Shown: piece after piece, positions 1 through 8,294 of the stretch
Layout: the number at the start of each line of letters is the position of its first letter
Position numbering within the stretch: position 1 is the first letter of the stretch
Assembly: GCA_903862565.1 (NCBI GenBank)
Contig: CAIOYU010000651.1
Coordinates: forward strand, 1-56,165
Direction of reading: 5' to 3'
Length of the DNA: 56,165 nt
DNA from: an uncultured Actinomycetes bacterium
GTDB taxonomy: Bacteria > Actinomycetota > Actinomycetes > Mycobacteriales > Mycobacteriaceae
Made by a program: the position numbers and the translations under genes
Notes under the pieces: model-generated
What the model saw: the letters and a program-made list of their open reading frames with translations, nothing else
Told to the model about the DNA's origin: nothing
Database searches by the model: none

Positions 1-405
1 ATGGGTTTCGCGCGCCTGGCGATCGAACACGGTTACACGATCGTGCCGTTCGCCGCGGTGGGCGCGGAGGAGGCCGTCGACATCGTGCTCGACGGTGACA
101 GTCCGCTGCTTGCCCCGAGCCGGCTGTTCGCCGAGCGGATATTGGGAAGCAAGGAGGCCATGCCGATCACGCGCGGGATCGGCCTCACTCCCGTCCCGCG
201 GCCGGAACGCCAGTACTACTGGTTCGGCGAGCCGATCCCGACCGAGTCGCTACAGGGACAGCAGGACGATGATGCGGTGGTTCGCGCGCTGCGGGCGCGA
301 ACCAAGGCCGCGGTGGAGGGCGGGGTGGAGTTTCTCCTCGCCGAACGGGACAGCGATCCCAATCGGTCGGTGCTGAAACGACTGTTGGGGCCTGAACGGC
401 GCTAG
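1..405 (+). CDS. Lysophospholipid/glycerolipid acyltransferase family protein, C-terminal part (5' end probably outside window)
   Basis: GFARLAIEHGYTIVPFAAVGAEE and P(R)PERQYYWFGEPI match the C-terminal blocks of PlsC/DAGAT-like actinobacterial acyltransferases. Confidence 0.75.
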   Translation: MGFARLAIEHGYTIVPFAAVGAEEAVDIVLDGDSPLLAPSRLFAERILGSKEAMPITRGIGLTPVPRPERQYYWFGEPIPTESLQGQQDDDAVVRALRARTKAAVEGGVEFLLAERDSDPNRSVLKRLLGPERR

Positions 406-422
406 GTCGACGACCGCGTGCC

Positions 423-1493
423 TCAGCGGCTCCCGCCCGGGACCACCTCGGGTGCAACGGCTTTCGTGCTGTTGACCGGCGCCGGTGCGGGCGCCTTCGA
501 TGAGTAGCTCACGCCGTTGGGTTCGGCGCCCACTGGAATGGAGGCCTCCACCGACATGTTGACCACGTCGACGACGGAGACGGTGCTGTCGAAACTGTTG
601 GTCACCCAGGCCCAGTTGCCGGAATCGTCGATCACGACGCCATGCGGGCCCGAACCGGTGGCCACGTCGCCGCGGGAGTTCATCGCTTCGGTGTCGATCA
701 CCGACAAAGTGTGCCCGGGGTTGTCCCGGGTGCCCTGGTTGGCGCAGAGCACCGTCTTCTCGTCGGGGGTCAGGTACAGCTGAACGGGGGCGTTGGGAAC
801 GTCGGTCGATCCGACCGTTTTACGCTGTCTCAGATCGACTTTCACCACACTGGGCGGATCGGTCAGCGCCGTGTAGGCGTAATGGCCGTCGGCGCTGACG
901 GCGACCTGCACGGGTGACTTGCCGACCGGCACCGCACCCAGCATCTTGTCGGTGGCCGGGTCGATCAGGTCCAGAGCCCCGTCCATCATGTTGGCGACGA
1001 CGATCACCGAACCGTTGGCCGCCGCCCGCATCCCGTGCGGCATTCCGTCCACCCTGATCTTCCCGGCCGGGACCAGGCCACGCCCCTTGTACACCGACAC
1101 GGTGCCGTCGCCGGCGTTGGCGACATAGACCTTGCCGTTGGGAGCCTCGATGACGTGCGCGGGCTTGGGGCCGGTCGGGGCCTTGGCGGTCACCCGATAG
1201 GTGGCCGGGTCGATCGCCACCACCATCCCGGCACTGCTGGTCGCGAACACCACCGTCCCGTCGCGGCCGACCTGCACGTTGTGCGGGCCTTTGATGTCGG
1301 TCATGGTCGCAGTCACCGCACTGGTGGCCGCATCGATCACGCTGAGGCTGTCGGCCCCCTCGTCGGCAACCCAGACCGCACCCGTGGGCGGCGGGGTCAG
1401 CGTCGAGGTGTGCACTTCTCTGCTGGAACAAGCGCTGAGCCAGATGGTGGCCAGTGCCCCGCACGCGAGGAACCGTCGAACCCGTCGAGTCAT
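423..1493 (-). CDS. YncE/YVTN-type beta-propeller lipoprotein
   Basis: Basic N-terminus plus lipobox LSAC; repeated ~40-aa blades (VYVANAGDGTVSV, WVTNSFDSTVSVVD, GPHNV/PHGM/PHGV). Confidence 0.85.
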   Translation of the reverse strand: MTRRVRRFLACGALATIWLSACSSREVHTSTLTPPPTGAVWVADEGADSLSVIDAATSAVTATMTDIKGPHNVQVGRDGTVVFATSSAGMVVAIDPATYRVTAKAPTGPKPAHVIEAPNGKVYVANAGDGTVSVYKGRGLVPAGKIRVDGMPHGMRAAANGSVIVVANMMDGALDLIDPATDKMLGAVPVGKSPVQVAVSADGHYAYTALTDPPSVVKVDLRQRKTVGSTDVPNAPVQLYLTPDEKTVLCANQGTRDNPGHTLSVIDTEAMNSRGDVATGSGPHGVVIDDSGNWAWVTNSFDSTVSVVDVVNMSVEASIPVGAEPNGVSYSSKAPAPAPVNSTKAVAPEVVPGGSR

Positions 1494-1514
1494 GGCCCCA
1501 CGGTACCGCCGGGG

Positions 1515-1976
1515 CTAGTGGGCGTGGTCGAAGACGACCAGCGTGTGGACCAAGGAGCCGTCGACGAAATAGCCACGGCAGTCGAAGTGGTCTTGGATCG
1601 TCGAACCGAATGCATTGCGCGAGTTGGCCACTCCTGAGACGTTGAGGACCGTGATGCGCGTGGCGTCGACACCCTTGAGCGGTTCGTCGAGGGTGAGGGG
1701 GAAAAGATCCCTGCCGTCGAAGTCGAGGATGCCTGTCTCGGTGTGCACGTCGGACAGGCTGGCGTCCTTCGGCGAGACCAACCGCTTGAGCACCTCGGAT
1801 TCGCAGCGTTGTCGGGCAGAACTCGCGGCGGACGGCGAGGCGTCTCCGGATTCCTGAAGTCGCAGGTGTCCGGTTCCGACGGCTGCTGCGGCCATCGCGG
1901 CGCCGCCCACGACGAGCGCCGCTGTCAGCACCAGCGACGTACGACTGCGGGGAGGATCGGGCATGGCGGGGTACAC
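1515..1976 (-). CDS. Hypothetical membrane-anchored/secreted protein
   Basis: N-terminal hydrophobic segment; two Cys (QRCE, FDCR); co-oriented with neighbours. Confidence 0.6.
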   Translation of the reverse strand: MYPAMPDPPRSRTSLVLTAALVVGGAAMAAAAVGTGHLRLQESGDASPSAASSARQRCESEVLKRLVSPKDASLSDVHTETGILDFDGRDLFPLTLDEPLKGVDATRITVLNVSGVANSRNAFGSTIQDHFDCRGYFVDGSLVHTLVVFDHAH

Positions 1977-2006
1977 CTCGTCGTCATGCGTTGCTGCGCG
2001 CGGCGA

Positions 2007-2819
2007 TCATCCGGCGGATACGTCGTCGACCCACACCTTGAAACCGGTCAGGGTGTTCGCCCCGAAGGCGTTGCTCAACGCGACATCGGCGGCGTCGCGG
2101 CCCCGCGCGATCAGGACCCTGCCGATGCGCGGAGTGTTGTTGCGCGCGTCGAACGTGTACCACTGACCGCCGAGGTACACCTCGAACCACGCGGCGAAGT
2201 CCATCGGCCCGTAGGGCGGGGGCGTCCCCATATCGCCGAGGTAGCCGGTGCAGTACCGGGCCGGGATGTTCATGCATCGGCAGAACGCCACCGCCAAGTG
2301 GTTGAAATCGCGACAGACGCCGGTGCGTTTCTGGAAGGTCTCCAGCGCGGTCTGCGTCGCGTTGGCGTGCTCGTAGCCGAATGTCACGTGGTTGTGCACG
2401 TAGTCGCAGATGGCCTGAACTCGTCCCCAGCCCGTGGGGGTGTGCTCGAACAGCTTCCACGCCGTCTCAGATAGCCGGTCGGTGTCGCAGTAGCGGCTCC
2501 CCAGCAGGTACACAAGGGTGTCGACCGGCAGATCCTGAACCGGAATCTGTTGTGCGTCAGGAACTATGATGTCGGTGAGGCCGGTGTCGTTGACAAGGGC
2601 ATTGGCGGTTACCCGGGTCTGACCCGTGGGTGCGACGATTCGGGTGCACCAGTTGCCGAAGCCATCGCGGTAAGCGTCCACCGGGACCGGTGGGTCGAAC
2701 ACGATGTCGTCGCGGCCGATGAGGTCGGACACCCGGGTGAAGTGCACGTTGAGGTTGAAGATCATCGGTGTTGGCTGCGGGCAGTCGAAAATCATCTCGA
2801 AACCGACGTTAATTCGCAT
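2007..2819 (-). CDS. Transglutaminase-like family protein
   Basis: GVCRDFNHLAVAFCRCMNIPARYCTGYL catalytic-Cys block; DFAAWFEVYLGGQWYTFDAR; IARGRDAADVA. Confidence 0.92.
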   Translation of the reverse strand: MRINVGFEMIFDCPQPTPMIFNLNVHFTRVSDLIGRDDIVFDPPVPVDAYRDGFGNWCTRIVAPTGQTRVTANALVNDTGLTDIIVPDAQQIPVQDLPVDTLVYLLGSRYCDTDRLSETAWKLFEHTPTGWGRVQAICDYVHNHVTFGYEHANATQTALETFQKRTGVCRDFNHLAVAFCRCMNIPARYCTGYLGDMGTPPPYGPMDFAAWFEVYLGGQWYTFDARNNTPRIGRVLIARGRDAADVALSNAFGANTLTGFKVWVDDVSAG

Positions 2820-3534
2820 TATTTCTCTCCGCTATCCAGGGTGCTGCGGCCATCCGCAGCGATCCGATCAATGTGCCTCGCAGGGCCGTCCAACGCCGTC
2901 CCGCACTAGCGACGATGCGTTGATTGATTTCCAATTCGATTCCGCAGTAGTCGCTTTGGGTGAATCGTCGGCGCAGGTGCGAGGTCAACCCGTCCCCCTT
3001 GCCGGCGTAGGGGTAGTTGCGCCGGACCCGTAGTTCGGGTGCCGCGGCTGCGAGCGCGTCCCGCCATCGAGCGCACAGCTCGGACTCGCCGTCCCGGGAC
3101 GGGTCGTAGAGCAGACCGACGTCGGCGCTGCGGACCTTGCCGTCCAACTCGGGGGTGAAACTGTGCGACGAAACATGAACGACGGTATCGCTTCTCGACA
3201 CTTCGCGCGCGACCAGATCTTCGACCTGCGCCCGATAGGGCCGGTAGTGGTCCTCGACGATCTGCGCCCGGGTCTCCGGCGCTGTGCCACCGGTGATCTC
3301 GGAAAACAGTTGTCGGTGGCCGATCGACCGATTGAGATCGACGAGCAGGCGGCTGGTGGTCGAGGTGACACGGGGCGCACCGAACGCTCCGGCGAGGTCG
3401 GTGGCCATGAGCAGCGCACCGGCGTCGTACCCGCGATGGGAATCCAGGAGTGCCCGGTGGCCCCGGAACAGGTGCCGATACGGCGTGGGTATCTGGTTGC
3501 CGCCGTGTTCACAGGTGATGATGAACCTGACCAT
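2809..3534 (-). CDS. N-formylglutamate amidohydrolase family protein
   Basis: ITCEHGGN, HRGYDAGA, SRLLVDLNR, HSFTP, DVGLLYDP, RRNYPY and IELEINQ motifs; stop overlaps the transglutaminase start. Confidence 0.88.
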   Translation of the reverse strand: MVRFIITCEHGGNQIPTPYRHLFRGHRALLDSHRGYDAGALLMATDLAGAFGAPRVTSTTSRLLVDLNRSIGHRQLFSEITGGTAPETRAQIVEDHYRPYRAQVEDLVAREVSRSDTVVHVSSHSFTPELDGKVRSADVGLLYDPSRDGESELCARWRDALAAAAPELRVRRNYPYAGKGDGLTSHLRRRFTQSDYCGIELEINQRIVASAGRRWTALRGTLIGSLRMAAAPWIAERNNAN

Positions 3535-3549
3535 CGTCCTGGCGACCCG

Positions 3550-4278
3550 TCACCAACTCAGCGCCGGCAATTCGCGGAACACCTGCCGGGTTCCGTCGCT
3601 CCATTCCTCGCTGAGGGCGGTGAAGTACGGGTCGCCTCCATCGAAGCGCCGCCGGAACCGGACTTCTAGACTGTCTTTTTCGTAGCACAGCAGGTCGATC
3701 GGCATTCCCACTGACAGATTGCTGCGCATGGTCGAGTCAAACGACACCAGGACGCACTTGGTGGCGTCGTCGAGGGGCGTGTTCTGGGTCAGGACCCGGT
3801 CGAGGATCGGCTTGCCGTACTTGGTTTCGCCGGTCTGGAAGAAGTGTGTGTGGGCGCCGGCTTCGATGAAATTGCCCTCTGCGTAGGTGCGGAACAACCG
3901 CATCGGTTCGCCGGCGATCTGCCCGCCGACGATGAACGAGGCATTGAATTCGACGCCGCTGGCTTCGAGGTATTCCGCGTCGCGACGTTCGATATCGCGC
4001 ATCGCATCGGTGACCAACCCCAAGACGTCGAACATCGTTCGGGCGCCGAGGAGATTGGTGGGTGCCTCGCCATCGTTGCAACGCTGCTGCAGAACACTGA
4101 TGACGGCTTGGGTTCCGGCCAGGCTTCCCGAACTTAGCAGCACGATCACCCGGTCACCGTGACGCTCGAACACCGTCATCTTGCAGAACTTGGCGATGCT
4201 GTCCATGCCGGCGTTGGTGCGGGAGTCCGACGCGAAAATCATTCCCTCGTCGAGCAATACGCCGATGCAGTAGGTCAT
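3550..4278 (-). CDS. anbu: Anbu-type proteasome-like Ntn protease
   Basis: MTYCIGV...ASDSRTNAG N-terminus (Thr1 nucleophile after Met removal), EGNFIEA, GETKYGKPILDR, SFDSTMRSNLSVGMPIDL. Confidence 0.92.
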   Translation of the reverse strand: MTYCIGVLLDEGMIFASDSRTNAGMDSIAKFCKMTVFERHGDRVIVLLSSGSLAGTQAVISVLQQRCNDGEAPTNLLGARTMFDVLGLVTDAMRDIERRDAEYLEASGVEFNASFIVGGQIAGEPMRLFRTYAEGNFIEAGAHTHFFQTGETKYGKPILDRVLTQNTPLDDATKCVLVSFDSTMRSNLSVGMPIDLLCYEKDSLEVRFRRRFDGGDPYFTALSEEWSDGTRQVFRELPALSW

Positions 4279-4395
4279 AGATCAGGCCCGTTATGCAATC
4301 GATTCCCCGTTCGTTGTGCCGCGCGCCCTTGGCGTCGCGTGCAAGACGTGCAGGTGAGCGATTCCGATTCCGAATCCTGCTGCGATGATTTCGAC

Positions 4396-4423
4396 ACTAC
4401 AGGGTCGGGACTACAGGGTCGGG
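4396..4423. repeat. Perfect 14-bp tandem duplication (ACTACAGGGTCGGG x2) upstream of the Anbu operon
   Basis: Read directly at 4396-4409 and 4410-4423. Confidence 0.9.
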
Positions 4424-4439
4424 TTGGGGACGGGCGGTG

Positions 4440-5159
4440 CTAGCCGGTCAGCGGGGTCCGCGGGTAGAAACCGTTGCACGCCGGCAGAGCGCCGCGGAAG
4501 CCGAGTTGGAAGGACTCGACGCGTTCGTCGGCGGTGCCGTGATCGCGTCCGGGTGCGTCGGCCGAGGCCGTCGCGGTCAGGTACCGCTCAACGGAGTTGG
4601 GGTAGCCGGTCTCGCCCCGATCGTGGAGGTAGCCGAGGAACGCGCCCGAGAAACAGTCGGCCTGGTCCTCGTTGCGGATCGTGTCGGTCGCACTGCGCGG
4701 GTTGGGGACCTTCATGACCGACTGGAGAAAGTGCCCGTATTCGTGGGCGATCCCCGAGATCGGGCCCGCGGCCCCGTACTGCCGGTAGGTGTCCCACAGG
4801 GTGTTCTGCCCGAGGTAGACGGTGTTGTCGGTCAGGCAGTAGTCGAAGGACCGGTCGTGCTGGGTGTCCTCGCCGTTGACGTCCACGCAGGTGCTGGCGA
4901 CCCCGGTTCCCGCCGGGACGTAGGTCAGTCTCGGAAGGGCGTCCCCGGGGATGCCGACCTCCTGCAGATACCGAGAGACCATGAGCCCGCCGCTGTCGGC
5001 GAGCTCACGCATCTGGTCGCTTCGGTAGCAGGTGTCGAGGCCGGTTCCCGGACAGGTGCCGCTCGGCGTGGCGTCGGCTGTCGGGCCGGCGGCGAACCCG
5101 AAGGCAACCGTCGCGGTGGCCGCGGCGACAAGCGTCCGCTTCCGGCGCCGGAGCTTCAC
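4440..5159 (-). CDS. Secreted neutral zinc metallopeptidase
   Basis: IAHEYGH zinc motif followed by EDQADCFSG and DHGTADER; signal peptide after GTG at 5159 (KLRRRKR-hydrophobic-ADA). Confidence 0.85.
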   Translation of the reverse strand: MKLRRRKRTLVAAATATVAFGFAAGPTADATPSGTCPGTGLDTCYRSDQMRELADSGGLMVSRYLQEVGIPGDALPRLTYVPAGTGVASTCVDVNGEDTQHDRSFDYCLTDNTVYLGQNTLWDTYRQYGAAGPISGIAHEYGHFLQSVMKVPNPRSATDTIRNEDQADCFSGAFLGYLHDRGETGYPNSVERYLTATASADAPGRDHGTADERVESFQLGFRGALPACNGFYPRTPLTG

Positions 5160-5320
5160 GGCCGCATCGGCGCCATCACGCGGCCGAGGACAGCCGAGCG
5201 CCACCGGCGTGGAAGCAATCCCAGGGACATGGTCATCATCTTCGCCTGCGCGCCGGGCACCTCGGTAATCCGCGTGCCCAATCCGCTCCGTGCCGCGTCG
5301 GCCACCACCTCCGGGGTCAT
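5156..5320 (-). pseudogene. 54-aa remnant resembling the C-terminus of an SDR oxidoreductase
   Basis: Manual translation: MTPEVVADAARSGLGTRITEVPGAQAKMMTMSLGLLPRRWRSAVLGRVMAPMRP; ATG overlaps the MFS stop and TGA overlaps the peptidase GTG. Confidence 0.6.
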
Positions 5321-6876
5321 GGTCGCGCCTCAGTGGGGTGTGCCGGCAGCACGGCCAGGACGAACAGCGCTCCGGCCAGGCAGATCGCGGCGGCGGTCAG
5401 GCAGCCTGCACTCATCCCGGACAGGAACGCGTCGTCGACGGTCGTGCGGACCGCACTGGCGAGGGTGCCGGGGGATTGTTCGGCGACAGCCAGTCCCTGG
5501 GCCAGCCCCTCCTGGGCCACTGATCGCGCCGATGCGGGAAGGCTTTGCAGCACAGGGCTATCGGTGAGGTGACGGATGTAGAGGGTGGAGAAGATGCTCC
5601 CGATGACCGCGACTCCGAGGGTCCCGCCGACCTGCCGGGTGGCGTCGTTGACCGCCGATCCCGCACCGGCCTGCTCAGGCCGGACCACGCCCATGATCGA
5701 GTCGGTGGCCGGTGCGGTGGTCAGACCGAGGCCGCCACCGAGGAGCACCATCTGTGCCGCCATCTCGGGATAGCCGACACTGAGGTCGATGACGGCGATC
5801 CAGGCGAAGGAGGCTGCCATCATGATCAGGCCAAGAAAGACAATGGCTTTCGTGCCGATCCGGCTGAGGGCCAGCCTGGTGCCGAGCACCGATCCGATGG
5901 CGATGGACAGCGCGACCGGCAGGATCCGCACCCCGGTTTCCAATGGCCCGAAGCCCTGCAGCTGCTGCATGAACTGGGTGATCAGGAAGATGAACCCGAA
6001 GAGGGCGAAGAATGCCACCGTCACCGCACCGCTGGCTGCGCTGAACCGCAGGTTGGTGAACAGCGTGACGTCGATGAGCGGGTCCGGCACGCGTCGCTCC
6101 CACCACGCGAAGCCGAGTCCTGCGGCCAGGGCCACCGCGAACCCGACCAGCGTGGGTGCGGAGTGCCAACCCCGTTCCGGTGCTTCGATGATCGTGTACA
6201 CGAGCGCCCCGAGCATCACGACCGAGAGCACCAGGCCGCCGCGGTCGAGGCGCGAACCCGCCTCGGGGGTCGAGGCGGGGATCACGATGGGCGCGGCCAC
6301 GGCCGCCACGAGTGCGATCGGCACCAGTGCCAGGAACAGGCTTCCCCACCAGAACACCTCGAGCAGTGCGCCACCGAGAATCGGGCCGATGGCCACGCCG
6401 AGGCCGGTGACCGCACCCCACAGGCCGATGGCCACGGCCCGCGGTTTGGGGTCGCGGAACGTGTCGGTGATGATCGCCAATGTGGTGGGGTAGATCAGTG
6501 CCGCTGAGGTGCCCATGATCAGGCGCATGGAGATCAGCGATCCGGTCGTCGTGCACAGCGCTGCGCCGGCACTGCTCACCGCGAAGAGTGTCAGTCCGGC
6601 GATCAGGGTTCCGCGGCGGCTGAACTTGTCCCCGATCGTGCCGCCGGCGAGGACGAGTGCGGCGAAGGCGAGGTTGTAGGCGTCGACGATCCACTGCAAT
6701 CCCCGTGTCGAGGCCCCGAGCGCCGAATTGAGCGTCGGCAGGGCCACATTCACAATCGTGGTCTCCACATTGATCGCCAGCGACGCGACCAGGACCACCG
6801 TCAGGACGGCGGCCGGCCGGATCCTTCGTGGTGGCCCGGTTCGGGGATGGGGACGGTTCGGGGCTTCGATGGTCAT
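5317..6876 (-). CDS. DHA2 (EmrB/QacA-type) MFS efflux transporter
   Basis: TIVNVALP, LQWIVDAYNL, GDKFSRR, GPILGGAL motifs; about 14 hydrophobic segments. Confidence 0.93.
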   Translation of the reverse strand: MTIEAPNRPHPRTGPPRRIRPAAVLTVVLVASLAINVETTIVNVALPTLNSALGASTRGLQWIVDAYNLAFAALVLAGGTIGDKFSRRGTLIAGLTLFAVSSAGAALCTTTGSLISMRLIMGTSAALIYPTTLAIITDTFRDPKPRAVAIGLWGAVTGLGVAIGPILGGALLEVFWWGSLFLALVPIALVAAVAAPIVIPASTPEAGSRLDRGGLVLSVVMLGALVYTIIEAPERGWHSAPTLVGFAVALAAGLGFAWWERRVPDPLIDVTLFTNLRFSAASGAVTVAFFALFGFIFLITQFMQQLQGFGPLETGVRILPVALSIAIGSVLGTRLALSRIGTKAIVFLGLIMMAASFAWIAVIDLSVGYPEMAAQMVLLGGGLGLTTAPATDSIMGVVRPEQAGAGSAVNDATRQVGGTLGVAVIGSIFSTLYIRHLTDSPVLQSLPASARSVAQEGLAQGLAVAEQSPGTLASAVRTTVDDAFLSGMSAGCLTAAAICLAGALFVLAVLPAHPTEARP

Positions 6877-6891
6877 GAGCGGGTCCGCCTT

Positions 6892-6947
6892 ATGTTGACA
6901 GCAGTAACATCGGCAAGCATGACAGTCGAAGTTGACGCTGTCAACAT
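6892..6947. promoter_or_regulatory. Pair of palindromic TetR-type operators upstream of the MFS gene
   Basis: ATGTTGACAGCAGTAACAT (6892-6910) and AAGTTGACGCTGTCAACAT (6929-6947); each is palindromic and they share ATGTTGACAGC in inverted orientation. Confidence 0.75.
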
Positions 6948-6957
6948 TGCGGTGGGT

Positions 6958-7569
6958 TCAGCGAAGTCCGTCTGTCACGACGTCGAGCAGGCGATCGGTG
7001 ATCAGCTGCTTCCGCTCCGAGTCCGCGCCGGCGAGCGGTCCGTCGAGGTACAGCACCGCCAGGCCGTGCACCGCCGCCCATACGGCTTCATCGAGTCCGT
7101 CGCGCCCGCTGGGGGGCAGGACTCCGGTCGCGACGAGGTCATCGATGCAGCCGCTGAGGAGCATGAACGGGTGCCGGTCGGGTGCCACGCTGGTGTCGGT
7201 GTGGTGCACTCCGCCGGGGGCGAACGCGGTACGGAACAGGCCCGGCTCGGCCAGGGCGAAATCGACGTAGGCCTGACCGGTCGCGCGCAATCGCGCCAGC
7301 GCCTGGCGGTCGCGGGGTCCGCGGTTGGGCACGGCGGCCAGGGACTCCGTCATCGCCTCACCCAGCGATGACATCCCGTAGATCTGGACCGCTGTCAGCA
7401 GCGCCTGCCTGTCCGCGTAGTGCCGGTATGCCGCCGAGTTGCTGACGCCGGCCGCCCGTTGGACGTCGCGCAACACCACCGCGTCGGGACCGCCTGCCCG
7501 GGCCAGGTCCACGGCGTGCTGCAGCAGCGCCTCACGCAGGTTTCCGTGGTGATAGGACGCCGAGGCCAT
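6958..7569 (-). CDS. TetR/AcrR family regulator with WHG C-terminal domain
   Basis: YHHGNLREALL...LRDVQRAAGVSNSAAYRHY HTH; WAAVHGLA motif; start taken at ATG 7569, not the long ORF start. Confidence 0.92.
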   Translation of the reverse strand: MASASYHHGNLREALLQHAVDLARAGGPDAVVLRDVQRAAGVSNSAAYRHYADRQALLTAVQIYGMSSLGEAMTESLAAVPNRGPRDRQALARLRATGQAYVDFALAEPGLFRTAFAPGGVHHTDTSVAPDRHPFMLLSGCIDDLVATGVLPPSGRDGLDEAVWAAVHGLAVLYLDGPLAGADSERKQLITDRLLDVVTDGLR

Positions 7570-7617
7570 GGGAAAAGTCTTACACCGCGCACCGGTGTGA
7601 CCTGCCGTTGCCCAGCG

Positions 7618-8217
7618 AGGGCCTCCCTGGCTGTCAGCCTGATGCTCTACGGCATCGCGACTCTGGCTCACGGCTCCGGATTCCTGGCCGTCTTCGTCGC
7701 CAGCATCCTCATCGGTGACGCCCGCGCCCCCTTCAAGCCGGAGATCGAACGCTTTCACGCCGCACTGGCCGGGTTGGCCGAGATCGTCGCGTTCGCAGTC
7801 CTGGGTCTCACCGTCGATCTGGACATCATCACCCGCGTGGATGTCTGGGTTCCGGGTCTGGTGATCTTCGCCGCGATGACCGTCGTGATCCGCCCGGTGG
7901 CGGTCGGCGCATGCCTGATCGGGGTTCACCTCAGGACCAACGAGCGTCGCTTCATACTCCTGGCCGGGCTCAAGGGCGCCGTCCCGATTCTCCTCGGGGA
8001 ATTCCTGAGGGCCGCCAAAGTGCCTGAGGCTGAGCGGCTTTACGGCATCGTCGTCGTTGTTGTGGCGCTCTCGGTGCTGGTTCAGGGGAGTTCCATCACC
8101 GCGCTCGCCCGCGCGCTGGGCCTGCCGATGCGCACGACTCAGCCCCAGCCCTGGGCGGTGGGGGTGCGCCTGAGGGACGAGCCGACCGGCGTACACCTGC
8201 TGACGGCCGCGGGATGA
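7618..8217 (+). pseudogene. Internal fragment of a NhaP2/CvrA-type K+(Na+)/H+ antiporter
   Basis: HGSGFLAVFVASILIGD, EIVAFAVLGL, AGLKGAVPILL, SVLVQG; N-terminal half absent and it stops where the TrkA-C domain would begin. Confidence 0.8.
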
Positions 8218-8294
8218 GGACACAACGATCTCCGGCTGAACACAAGTTGAACGAATGGCAACCCGGGCTGAAGCCCGCAGTTCATGGGTGGAGG

